Below, in pieces: positions 25,028 to 34,131 of a stretch of DNA of 64,000 bases. The notes beneath the pieces are model-generated. The model saw nothing but the letters and a program-made list of their open reading frames with translations, searched no databases and had not been told where the DNA came from. The number at the start of each line of letters is the position of its first letter. The stretch's first letter is position 1. The position numbers and the translations under genes were made by a program. The DNA is taken from contig OZ076409.1 of assembly GCA_964187785.1 (NCBI GenBank), positions 97,652,001 to 97,716,000 of the forward strand. The letters run 5' to 3'. The stretch comes from Amphiscolops sp. MND2022. Its lineage: Eukaryota.

Positions 25028-25237
25028 TCAGCATTCAGGAATGCATCCGTTGGTGCGTTTCCAAAGAAGAGGAAAATGTGGTGAATGGTGAAAGTAGTCC
25101 CAATATATAGATGTTGGGGGGACAGTAATAATTCTCTTCTGTTTTGTTTGGTGGTGTTGAAGGGAAACGTGAAAAGTCAAATTTCGGAATTCTTGTCTAA
25201 CTATTCTGTAGAATTTGTTGTTTATCCTGATGTACAT
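25028..25237 (-). CDS. Accessory ORF (69 aa), unknown
   Basis: ATG-started first ORF of the packed cluster, ending 13 nt before the next ATG; candidate acceptor CTTGTTTTTAG ~40 nt upstream. Confidence 0.55.
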   Translation of the reverse strand: MYIRINNKFYRIVRQEFRNLTFHVSLQHHQTKQKRIITVPPTSIYWDYFHHSPHFPLLWKRTNGCIPEC

Positions 25238-25480
25238 TTGCTAGATTCGTCAGCTGATTGTGTAGTTGTAGGCTATGCTAAAAACAAGCAAAACCATGCG
25301 CTTCGACTTACTCTGTAAAATTCATTTTTAGAATCTTACAAAAGCGATCGCTAAAGGGACTAGTTCAAAATTTACTTTTTGCTCGAAACAAAGGAGCTTG
25401 GGGGGCAAAAATTCATTAGTTGAAATCGTCGGTGGTTAAAAGGAAGATAATTAAAGAGTTAAAGTTGGAAGAGAATTCAT

Positions 25481-25703
25481 CTCCGTTAGCAACAGCGGAG
25501 CTTGCAAGAGGCAATAATCTATGTTATTGATTAAGTGAGAGGTTGAAGAGTTTGGCGGCTAAAATGAAAGGTAATTAAGGAGTTAAAAGAGAATTTATAA
25601 TTCGTCTCCGTTGGCAACAGCGGAGCTTGCAAGTGGGAATAATCTATACTATTGATTAAGCGAGAAGTTGAAGAGTTTGGCGGCTAAAATGAAAGGTAAT
25701 TAA
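25481..25703. repeat. 125-bp-period direct repeat (2 copies plus partial) with hairpins
   Basis: CTCCGTT(A/G)GCAACAGCGGAG...TTTGGCGGCTAAAATGAAAGGTAATTAA at 25481-25578 and 25606-25703. Confidence 0.9.
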
Positions 25704-26303
25704 AAAGCTAAGAAGAGCTTATTTTCGGTCACGACAGAGAAAAGGTAAGTTGAGCAAATTTGTTTACTGCTAGCTGAAAAGAAAAATATGTTGTTGTGAA
25801 CAATAGTTAAATTTGAAGAGGCGAGTTGAAGAGATGACTATCTTAAATTGAACAAAGACAAAACGTTAACCTTTAACTAACAAAAGGGAGTTTAACAAAA
25901 GATTTTCTTTTCTTTTATTTCAACCAAAGCGTAAATTGAATAAAGTAAAAGTGACATTTGTTTAGATTAAAAGATACGACGTCACGTGAGTATGACACAG
26001 ATGGGTAGGAATTGTTTATCGGGGCTTTTGTTGTTTTCTTCTTTGTTTTCTTCTGTTTTCTTCATTTTATCTGCTAGTTTCTGAGCTGTTAGGCCGGGTG
26101 TTTTTCGGGTGATATTTTCTGTTTTTTGATTTCTACTGACTATATAACTACAAAGTAGTCCCACCACCGTTGAACAGAAAAGAAAAGTTGTGTTTTTTTG
26201 CGGTGTGTGCGCTCGCAAATTTTGGGTTGGGTGGCTGGAAAAAAATTTTCGAGGTAGGGGGGTGCTGAAACTGAGAATTCATTCAGTTTGTTTTTAGACT
26301 CAA

Positions 26304-26894
26304 ATGGCTTTCGATCCTCCGGTCGTCCATCCTGATTTTCTCCCTGCAGATATGGTCCCTGTTGTTGATTATGGCGAACACGTATGGCCGGCTATTTTTG
26401 GTCAAGACGAGTTAGTATCACTCAAACAGGTGATAGCCGATAGTCGCCGTCCAATGTTGGGAATGGATGCGGCTATTCCTGTTGATCTGAGTGATCGTTT
26501 AATGACAATTTTGGAGATTGTCACTGGGACTCCTCAGGTAAGAATGTATTTTTGTTTTTGTTTTTAATATATCTTTTTGGTACTTCTCTGTAGTTGTTGG
26601 ATATACAGTGCTGTAATTGTACCTGTGCTGTCAAGTAGGAGTCAATATTTCCTCTTTTGTATACGAGTTGTTCTGTTTCAGTGGTTGAGTGTCCTCAGTG
26701 GGAGAGGCGGGGAGGTATTTGTCTTTAAATTAGAGACAATTCGGACTGCTTATCTGGCTTTGCGCCCATTGGCAAAGCGCGAGTTGGTGGTGCGCTGGGA
26801 GATGGGCAATCAGCAGCAGGTGGTTAATTTTCTGATTGACCAAGGGTTTATGGAAGTAGATGAGATGGAAACTATTGGGCCATTGTTTCCATAA
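26304..26894 (+). CDS. Antisense two-exon gene inside the element (exons 26304-26537 and 26682-26894; 148 aa, unknown)
   Basis: Donor CAG|GTAAGA at 26537/26538 and acceptor TTCTGTTTCAG| at 26681; both phase 0, joining two open frames. Inr-like TCAGTT at 26283-26288. Confidence 0.75.
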
Positions 26895-26987
26895 TTGTAA
26901 ATATGTACAGATATTTGTTGTATTTGTGTTTTTCTTATTTTAATCGGAATTTTCCCTTTATAAATTTTTGTGCTTTCCCATTAATAT

Positions 26988-29900
26988 TTAATCTTTATAT
27001 CCTTTTCTTTCTAAATCCCGTAGTGAGCTATCAGGGTGAGAGCGCTTGTATTTTGCTTTTACTTTTGATGTCAGATCAGCAACTTTATTTTTCTTTTTTG
27101 ACGATGAAGAAGTAGATTGTTCAGCTTCATGAAATTGTGGCGTTGTCCTCAAAATAGTAGGAACACGAATAGGCATGGGAGTCATAGGAAGTATAGGAGT
27201 TTGTAGCGGCGGCAATGGTGAAATTGTTAGATTTTGATAATTGTGATCATCATTGATAGGCGTAGAAGGAGATTGAATTCCTGAATCAGTATTAGGCGAA
27301 GGTGCAGCGTGATTTTTGCTCAATTCTTGAATATTAGTATTTTCTTGTAGCGGCGATATGATAAAAGGCATTACATCTAGGGAACATCTTTGTTGATTTG
27401 AATTGTAGTCATTTATTTGTGACTGCACTAGGTGTTTGTAAAAATCACTATCTTTTGTTATAGGCGGCGCATAGTTAGTGATTAGAGGAGGGAGTCTTTC
27501 CTCTTTAGGAAAGTATTCAATCAGGTGATTACGATGAGTAACTTTTATATTATCTGGGTTAGCGTCCTCTTGAATTTCGTAGGTCGTATTTGTTATTTGT
27601 TTAGTGACTGTAAAAGGGCCAACACGTAATTGTTTTAACTTTTGTGACCTGCTTAAGTCGGCAGTGTGATTCTCTAAGAATACTTTTTGTCCGATGTTGA
27701 TAGGTCGTCCGAGTTTGAATCGGTTTCTGTATTCATGTGCTTTAGAAGTGATTTGGCGGCATCGTTGATAGGTTGACGAGTAGATTCGTTTGAAGTCGTT
27801 TTCTCGAGCAATAAGTTCGTCTGAGAGTTGTGGTCTGAGTAATCGATCCAGGGATTTGTTCGGTAGTTGATTTTCGCTGTGTGTATGAGGTTTTAATCCT
27901 TCACAGTATTCGGATCTGCATTGTTTGTTCTTGTCTCGTATTAGTCCAAGTTTTAACGTCATAGGAACTTGTGGTTTTGTTCCGAACACTATTTCATATG
28001 GGGTAAGTCCCGTAGTGTAGTTTACACTTGTGTTATGAGCGAATGCAAATTTCGGTGCTAGTTTTGACCAATTGTTACCTGACTCGTTAGTGAAGTTTCT
28101 CCAATATCGTGTAAGGTGCTGATTTTGTACTTCTACTTTTCCGTTTGTCCATGGTGAGTAAGTTGTACGTGGTGCAAGAGTTATTCCGAATTCTTTAGTC
28201 CAGTTGATGAAGTCACTGTTGATAAATGCTGTCCCGTTATCGTGCATTATCTTCTGAGGGATTCCATAGGATGTGATCCATTTTTCTAATGCAGTAATAG
28301 TAGCTTGTGCGCTAGTATCTTTTACTGGGTAGACACCAATGAATCTTGAAAATGCGTCAACTACTACTAAGCAATGGTTGTTAGAATTGCTACTAGGCCT
28401 GAGCGGGCCTTTATGGTCTATATGAATGGTTTTGAAAGGTGTAGTTTCAAGTTCTCCCCATTGTTCCAAGGGAGCTTCGTGTAAGTCATGACGCTTTGAC
28501 TTATTGGTTTGACATTCGATACAGTCTTCTATGAGATAAACTATCCATTTGTATCGTCCTGGCCAAAAGAAGTATTGTCTCACATTTTCAAAGGTTTTAA
28601 ATATTCCTGGATGACCACTGTGGCTGTGTGTGTGAGCAAGTTTAAAAAGTGGTAGAAACAATGATAGAGGAACACATATTTTCATCTCAGTTTTGCTTGT
28701 TTCCTGAACTGTCTCGTTGTAGCATAGGAGGTTGGTTTCTTCGTCTATAAAGAGTTGCTCAAATCGGTTGAAGTATGACAGTAGTGCTTTAGATTGATTG
28801 ATATCATGTGTTTTTGTTGGTCGTTTATCTGATTTCTTTATCCAACTGCGTACTTTTTGTAGTACTGGATCATTGAGTTGTTCTTCAACTAATGTAGTTA
28901 CATCTAAATCAGCAGTTTTTGCAAAATCACTCAATTTTTGTATCAATTCCTTCGTGTCTACCTCTGGGTGTAATTCTGAGTCTATGTTGGATTTTAGAAT
29001 TGGTTTTCGTGACTGGTTTCTTCGGATTGATTCGTTTGCGAGTGAGAAATCGTGTAAGAAATCGGAGTCCTTCTGGTCAAAGTTTAGTTCTGCTATTTCG
29101 TTGTCGCTGTTGTAGCCGTCATCTTGTTGTTCTTCAATTTCGCTGTAGGTTTCCTCTTCGATGGTGTAATTTGTGAAGTAGGGGCAAACGTCTGAGCAAA
29201 GTCGTTTATATTGGTTGATTGTCTTTCCGAGTTTAAAGCAATCGGTCATGTCTTGCATTGTGGCTAAGACTTCATTATCTTCAACGTAGTCTTCAATATA
29301 CTGTTCGTCACCGTCATTCTTCAGGTGTAAAATTTGTCTATCATTCCCGTGTTGGCATATTATTGGAAAGAAGTCGTTGCATGAGATATCTTGGCTATCT
29401 TCGTGTTTGATAGTGTAATGCATCTGGTCTCCCTTTTCATCATAAAATGATATCTCTTTTGGTATTTCTTTATGCTGTAGCTGTAGTTTGTTGATGTCGG
29501 ACAGGGTTACATTTCGGCTAAGTATATCTGGGAATGCTAAGTTTGAGCCTGGTGTCCGGATTATCTTCAAGTTGTGAAATTGTGTTATTATAACTTGGTA
29601 CTTGAAGAACCGATGAGAAAGTTGTCCTTTTCGTCCCCATAGGTAGAGGATGGGTTTGTGATCACAGTATAGGTAGATTGGAAATGGAGATCCAATTATG
29701 TAATGTTCATAGGTCTGTAGTGCAGATACAATACCACAAAGTTCTCGGTGGAGAGTAGACATTTTTTGTTCTGCTTTGTCAAAGACACGAGAGTTGAAAG
29801 AGACTATTCGTTTTCCTTCTGGAAACTGTTGAACTAATATACATCCAGTCCCTACATTCGAAGAGTCAACGTGAATATGAAAGGGATATTCAGTTGAAGG

Positions 29901-32447
29901 TACTGCTAAGATTGTGTCCTCTGAGATTCTTTCTTTTATCTGGTTGAAAAGTGTTTCATGTTGTTCAGTCCATTTGAAAGGTGTGGTGTCTTTTATCAAC
30001 TCATAGAATGGTTGACTATCGACGTGTAGATTCTTGATATAGCAGCTATAAAAGCCTAAACATCCGAGTACTTTCATTACGTCTCGTTTACATTCTGGTG
30101 ACTTCAAATTCTTCAAATCTTGTACTCTTTTAGCTATTGGTTGAATTCCGTCCTGAGATATAACATGTCCCAGGAATTTTACTTTTCTCAAGAAGAAGTG
30201 TGTCTTGTCAGGTGCGGCTTTGAGTCCGCCTTTTCGTAAGAGTTGGTGATATTCGTGTATGATTGTGAACATCTCGCCTTTAGTTTGCGATTGGAGGAGA
30301 CTATCATCAAGATAGGTGATTGCTTGTTTCTTCTTTACAAGGGGTTCGAAGTTAATCGCCATCATTCGGCTGAACCATTGAGGGAGTCCACAAAGGCCAT
30401 AGAATCCAACTTGATAGGTGTATTGTTTTCCACCCACGATGAAACTGGTTAGTTTCTGAGTTTCTTCGCTAAGAGGTACTTGGTGATATGCACAAGAGAG
30501 ATCGCTTGCTGTGAAGTATTTGCCGTTGATTCTCGTCATAATCATTTGGACAGGTTCGAGTGGCCAAGAGTAGTTTGTTAAATCAGTGATAGAATTCAAA
30601 TATCTTGCATCAATGACAAGTTTAACATAGTCAGCTTTAGGTAAGAGAATGATGGGGTTTACAAATAGTGAGCCGAGTTCGTCGTCGTCTCCCATTTCTC
30701 TGATTATACCGGTTTCTTGTAGTTGCCCGAGACGTTTTTCGAGTTTATCTTTCAGATGCAGTGGAACTTTACTGGGGCGTTGTTTGCGGAGTTCCGAGTT
30801 AGGTTTCAGAGTGACATGAAACTTCTGTTTGGTTTGACCAATATCAAATTTGTGTTGTGAATATACATCTCTAGAGTCAATGATCATATCTATCAGCATG
30901 ACAAGTTCTTCATCTTCCAAATCGGTGTATTGAAAATCGAATTGTTTGATAAAGTCTTTTATTTCTTGAGGTTGATACTGTAGATAGTAGTCGATGAGAT
31001 CATTGTTTAATTCTTTAGGTCTCAGTATTGGGAATTGTTCCTTACACGGAGGCTGACATGATTTTGAATCTTTGGTGAAGTCTGTTTCTAGCTCGTTCTT
31101 TTCATTCGTCCATTCGTTCGTGTAGTTGTCAATTTCATCTTCGATAGAGTTCGAAGATTTGTTAGCCATTTTACAATCTAGTTCATTTCTGGAGATGATC
31201 TGAATGAGAATTCCAGAGTCAGTGAATGTGTCTTTCAATATCTTTAGTACTTCATTCCAAGGGAGTTTGTCGAGTCCACAACCAATTTTTGGCATTGTTA
31301 TTATGTGAACATTGTTGAGCAGAGCGTGGCCTTTCATGTTTTCAAGCGATATTTGAAGGTTCTCAAGGGTAGGTTTTTCAAAGAACTTGTTCTTTGTGAC
31401 AAGGTTGTATACGAATCTATTTGCATCATTGTCCCAGAAGGGTATGACTGAACCAACAAAAGCTTTTGATTTGTAGCAATATTCTTGTAGTCCACCGATG
31501 TGGTTAGTGATAGTTTCAGCAAAGCCTTTACTCATCTTTGCGTCTGCCGATATGCAGTGAGCAATGGCTGTTTGACTTTCAAAGATTGTATCATCGTTCC
31601 CATTGATGATACGTATGCCATCTCTGAAGTCTGGTTCATGGGGTAGTGTCGAGTGTAGTAGGAAACATTCGTTATACTGATCATTCTCAGATAGTATACA
31701 GTCAACCATTTTAACGCAATCTTTTATTTGGTATTTCGGTCGTTCGAAATCGAGTATATCCAGCGATGAATATCCCAAAATTCCTTTATCGAGAGTTGTT
31801 TGGTGGTTTTTGTTGTTCTCCATTAGAATTGGTAGGTATTGTTCTGATTGCGTACAAAGTACATTCACAAAGTCCAGTCCTGAGTTAGCTACTTTTTGAT
31901 GAGGGATAAAAGTAGTTCCTGGGGCAAAATTAGTGTGTTCTTCTTCTGGTTGATATTTGTAGACACGAGAGGTCTTAGCATCAATGTGTATCTGATGCGG
32001 TATTCGTATTGCCCTGATTAGTGATAGGTAGGGATAAGGTTTGGTAGCACAAAGGCTGCCATAGCAAATTGTGTTAGGAGTGTCTTTAAGTTCCAATGCC
32101 GGAATATCGAAGTGGAGTTTGGAGATATTTTTTCTGCAGAATTCAATACCCAAAAGATTTGCTGTTTTAGTTTCTGTTATCCAGAGTTGGAGTTGAAAGC
32201 AGTGTTGTCCATCAGAGTCAAAACTAAAGTTTAGAGTTGTATGACCCAACATCGGTATTTCTTCTCCAGTGTACGTTCTTGTCTTTTGTTTACTTCTCAC
32301 TACTGTAATTGGTTGCAGGAACTGAGAAATTTCACAAAAAGTGCGATAGTTGATGATAGAGCAAGCTGCTCCGGTATCTACCATGAATTCGATTTCAAGT
32401 CCACTATCTTTTTTAGAGTCTCCGGTGGGAAAATAGAAAACATTCAT
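26988..32447 (-). CDS. pol: Pol polyprotein: protease - macrodomain - RT - RNase H - integrase (frame open upstream to the frameshift site at ~32507)
   Basis: PR MVDTGA; RT LVIDARYLN, DLSCAYHQ, YLDD; RH HVDSS, RELCGIV, YCDHKP; IN HHCC (HSHSGH...CIEC), IHID, HDNG, GKVE, GPF. Confidence 0.97.
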   Translation of the reverse strand: MNVFYFPTGDSKKDSGLEIEFMVDTGAACSIINYRTFCEISQFLQPITVVRSKQKTRTYTGEEIPMLGHTTLNFSFDSDGQHCFQLQLWITETKTANLLGIEFCRKNISKLHFDIPALELKDTPNTICYGSLCATKPYPYLSLIRAIRIPHQIHIDAKTSRVYKYQPEEEHTNFAPGTTFIPHQKVANSGLDFVNVLCTQSEQYLPILMENNKNHQTTLDKGILGYSSLDILDFERPKYQIKDCVKMVDCILSENDQYNECFLLHSTLPHEPDFRDGIRIINGNDDTIFESQTAIAHCISADAKMSKGFAETITNHIGGLQEYCYKSKAFVGSVIPFWDNDANRFVYNLVTKNKFFEKPTLENLQISLENMKGHALLNNVHIITMPKIGCGLDKLPWNEVLKILKDTFTDSGILIQIISRNELDCKMANKSSNSIEDEIDNYTNEWTNEKNELETDFTKDSKSCQPPCKEQFPILRPKELNNDLIDYYLQYQPQEIKDFIKQFDFQYTDLEDEELVMLIDMIIDSRDVYSQHKFDIGQTKQKFHVTLKPNSELRKQRPSKVPLHLKDKLEKRLGQLQETGIIREMGDDDELGSLFVNPIILLPKADYVKLVIDARYLNSITDLTNYSWPLEPVQMIMTRINGKYFTASDLSCAYHQVPLSEETQKLTSFIVGGKQYTYQVGFYGLCGLPQWFSRMMAINFEPLVKKKQAITYLDDSLLQSQTKGEMFTIIHEYHQLLRKGGLKAAPDKTHFFLRKVKFLGHVISQDGIQPIAKRVQDLKNLKSPECKRDVMKVLGCLGFYSCYIKNLHVDSQPFYELIKDTTPFKWTEQHETLFNQIKERISEDTILAVPSTEYPFHIHVDSSNVGTGCILVQQFPEGKRIVSFNSRVFDKAEQKMSTLHRELCGIVSALQTYEHYIIGSPFPIYLYCDHKPILYLWGRKGQLSHRFFKYQVIITQFHNLKIIRTPGSNLAFPDILSRNVTLSDINKLQLQHKEIPKEISFYDEKGDQMHYTIKHEDSQDISCNDFFPIICQHGNDRQILHLKNDGDEQYIEDYVEDNEVLATMQDMTDCFKLGKTINQYKRLCSDVCPYFTNYTIEEETYSEIEEQQDDGYNSDNEIAELNFDQKDSDFLHDFSLANESIRRNQSRKPILKSNIDSELHPEVDTKELIQKLSDFAKTADLDVTTLVEEQLNDPVLQKVRSWIKKSDKRPTKTHDINQSKALLSYFNRFEQLFIDEETNLLCYNETVQETSKTEMKICVPLSLFLPLFKLAHTHSHSGHPGIFKTFENVRQYFFWPGRYKWIVYLIEDCIECQTNKSKRHDLHEAPLEQWGELETTPFKTIHIDHKGPLRPSSNSNNHCLVVVDAFSRFIGVYPVKDTSAQATITALEKWITSYGIPQKIMHDNGTAFINSDFINWTKEFGITLAPRTTYSPWTNGKVEVQNQHLTRYWRNFTNESGNNWSKLAPKFAFAHNTSVNYTTGLTPYEIVFGTKPQVPMTLKLGLIRDKNKQCRSEYCEGLKPHTHSENQLPNKSLDRLLRPQLSDELIARENDFKRIYSSTYQRCRQITSKAHEYRNRFKLGRPINIGQKVFLENHTADLSRSQKLKQLRVGPFTVTKQITNTTYEIQEDANPDNIKVTHRNHLIEYFPKEERLPPLITNYAPPITKDSDFYKHLVQSQINDYNSNQQRCSLDVMPFIISPLQENTNIQELSKNHAAPSPNTDSGIQSPSTPINDDHNYQNLTISPLPPLQTPILPMTPMPIRVPTILRTTPQFHEAEQSTSSSSKKKNKVADLTSKVKAKYKRSHPDSSLRDLERKGYKD
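31194..31619 (-). other. TARG1/OARD1(Poa1p)-type macrodomain within Pol
   Basis: AHCISAD.KM..GFA, FVYNLVTK..FFEKPTLENLQISLENMKGH, MPKIGCGLDKLPWNEV; parallels recalled human OARD1 motifs AHCISED, YYLITK, KPTYENLQKSLEAMKSH, MPRIGCGLDRLQW. Confidence 0.92.
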
Positions 32448-32507
32448 ATGAAAGCGTGATTTGAAGTTACTTTCTTCATCGGGCTGCGGAGACCTTAGTA
32501 GTTTAAA
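32418..32507 (-). promoter_or_regulatory. -1 programmed ribosomal frameshift signal (U UUA AAC plus downstream stem)
   Basis: Heptamer at 32507-32501 in X XXY YYZ phase just before the gag stop. The -1 frame reads open (LLRSPQPDEESNFKSRFH) into pol MNVFY. GTCTCCG (32493-32487) can pair with CGGAGAC (32424-32418). Confidence 0.85.
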
Positions 32508-33760
32508 GCAAAGTAGTTGGAGATTGAGTTTATCATCTCTTGCGAGTCGTCATCAATGAATTGCACATTGTTAGAGAGAGCGTTAGAATTGTTCTGAGGG
32601 AAATTTCTGTTATACTGAGTATTGGAGTTGTTATTCTGCCTTGCGGGAAAGTTGTAGTTATTTTGCCCAGTTCGTTGATTCTGCCCTTGATTCGAGTTAC
32701 TCTGGTTGTTATGATTCTGATTGCTGAAATTTTGGTTTCTATTGTACGGCTGACTATAACTGTTACCAAATCTTTGTGAAGAGTTGGAATTGTGTTGAGA
32801 ATTTGAGTTGTGGTAGTTGTGTGAACCAAAATTCGGTCCCTTTCTCTTGTTGTAATCATTGGTGAACGTTGGCTTTTTCTGCTGGTTCTCACGATTGTAT
32901 TGGCGTTTTCGTTCGTCATCAAAAGCTTTAGTTCTGCAATATTGTAGAGTGTGCCCGTTTCGTCTACAATAGTGACAGAAGCGTGTGGCATTCTGTCTGG
33001 ATTTATTGTTCACATCATTGGTTCGTGTGTTGGCTTGATTCAAAGCATTAACTTGTTGTTCTTTCAGAAGTGTTGAAAGCTCTCTGACTTGTTTTTCTAA
33101 CGAGTCTAGTTTAGAGTTCTGCTCATTAGTTGAGTTTGGTACAAATTCCGAACTTACTGAGTAAATCAAGTCTTTGTTGGCGACATGGTCTTTGAAATTG
33201 TCCCATGTTGTATTTGGATGTTCTATCAGGTATTCATGAGCTTTCCTCTTAAGTCCCGAAGGAGTTAGTCCTCTGATTGTGAAGTCAATATACTTCTGAT
33301 TTCTCAAGTTTTGTTGAGCATCTCTCTCATTTTGATTGGCTGCTGCATCAATAGGCCATCCTTTGTCTACTGCTTGTTTGACTCTATGATAGAAATTTTT
33401 GACTAGTTCTTCTTTTCCTCTAACACAGTTTTCAGCAGTTATTCTGTGCCTGTATTTGTCTCTGTCATCTGAGAAGCGAGTTATGAAAGCTGTCCTGACT
33501 TGAATCCAAGTAGGTAGTGGGTTACCTACGTTAAATCCTTCGTACCATTCTGCGGCTGGTCCGCGGAGGAGAGATGAGAAAAGTGCTTTCTTTCTGAAGA
33601 GATATCTAGCTGCATCATCAGCTGCATTTGGGGGTGATCCAAGTGAAAAGTCTATCTTGTTTTCTACTGTCAGAAGAAATAATTTAACATCTTGGTCTGG
33701 GTCGTTCCCAGAGAACTTGTCCAAAGCTAGATCGGGGAAAGAGACTGCGTTCTGAGCCAT
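32495..33760 (-). CDS. gag: Gag (421 aa) with CCHC zinc knuckle and N/Q-rich tail
   Basis: KFSG..PD, LLRGPAAEWY capsid-type motifs; CHYCRRNGHTLQYC. Confidence 0.93.
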   Translation of the reverse strand: MAQNAVSFPDLALDKFSGNDPDQDVKLFLLTVENKIDFSLGSPPNAADDAARYLFRKKALFSSLLRGPAAEWYEGFNVGNPLPTWIQVRTAFITRFSDDRDKYRHRITAENCVRGKEELVKNFYHRVKQAVDKGWPIDAAANQNERDAQQNLRNQKYIDFTIRGLTPSGLKRKAHEYLIEHPNTTWDNFKDHVANKDLIYSVSSEFVPNSTNEQNSKLDSLEKQVRELSTLLKEQQVNALNQANTRTNDVNNKSRQNATRFCHYCRRNGHTLQYCRTKAFDDERKRQYNRENQQKKPTFTNDYNKRKGPNFGSHNYHNSNSQHNSNSSQRFGNSYSQPYNRNQNFSNQNHNNQSNSNQGQNQRTGQNNYNFPARQNNNSNTQYNRNFPQNNSNALSNNVQFIDDDSQEMINSISNYFALNY

Positions 33761-33809
33761 TCTCAGATTGGTGGTGGTTTGATTCCTCTTGTGATTGAAT
33801 TTCCTTCAG

Positions 33810-33962
33810 TTAAGGTATGGTTGAATAATACTCGGCAATAGGGTTTTCAATGTCTGTATTGAAAGTGAGTTCACACAGGCAAGTGACAAGGGTGATGAAC
33901 ACAAGAAAGATTCCAGCAAAAAGCAAATAGTCCGGGTCTTCAGGAGTTATCAATGGTCTCAT
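33810..33962 (-). CDS. Leader micro-ORF 2 (50 aa, hydrophobic): MRPLITPEDPDYLLFAGIFLVFITLVTCLCELTFNTDIENPIAEYYSTIP
   Basis: Hand-translated; paralogous to micro-ORF 1 (IT.EDPDY.L then hydrophobic run). Confidence 0.6.
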   Translation of the reverse strand: MRPLITPEDPDYLLFAGIFLVFITLVTCLCELTFNTDIENPIAEYYSTIP

Positions 33963-33976
33963 AGACCTCAATTATT

Positions 33977-34099
33977 TTAGAGGTGTGTTGATATCGTCCA
34001 GATAGTTAGTTTTACAACAAGTGTGATAAAACTAGTGACAAGATGGTAGAAAATCAGAAACCAGATTAGTGAGTAGTCCGGGTCTTCCAAAGTTATCAT
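33977..34099 (-). CDS. Leader micro-ORF 1 (40 aa, hydrophobic): MITLEDPDYSLIWFLIFYHLVTSFITLVVKLTIWTISTHL
   Basis: Hand-translated; starts just after the PBS. Confidence 0.6.
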   Translation of the reverse strand: MITLEDPDYSLIWFLIFYHLVTSFITLVVKLTIWTISTHL

Positions 34100-34110
34100 G
34101 AATTGGGTTA

Positions 34111-34128
34111 GCCTCACTGGTCGCACCA
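34111..34128 (-). promoter_or_regulatory. Primer binding site (TGGTGCGACCAGTGAGGC)
   Basis: TGG begins 3 nt after the 5' LTR end; cognate tRNA not assigned. Confidence 0.8.
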
Positions 34129-34131
34129 GTT

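Noticed and set aside
25982..26218. 78-aa minus-strand ORF in the element
   Set aside because: Non-ATG start, low complexity, overlaps the likely promoter of the antisense gene.
32533..32991. 152-aa alternative-frame ORF overlapping gag
   Set aside because: Thr/Ile-rich shadow of AAC/AAT-rich gag codons; no independent support.
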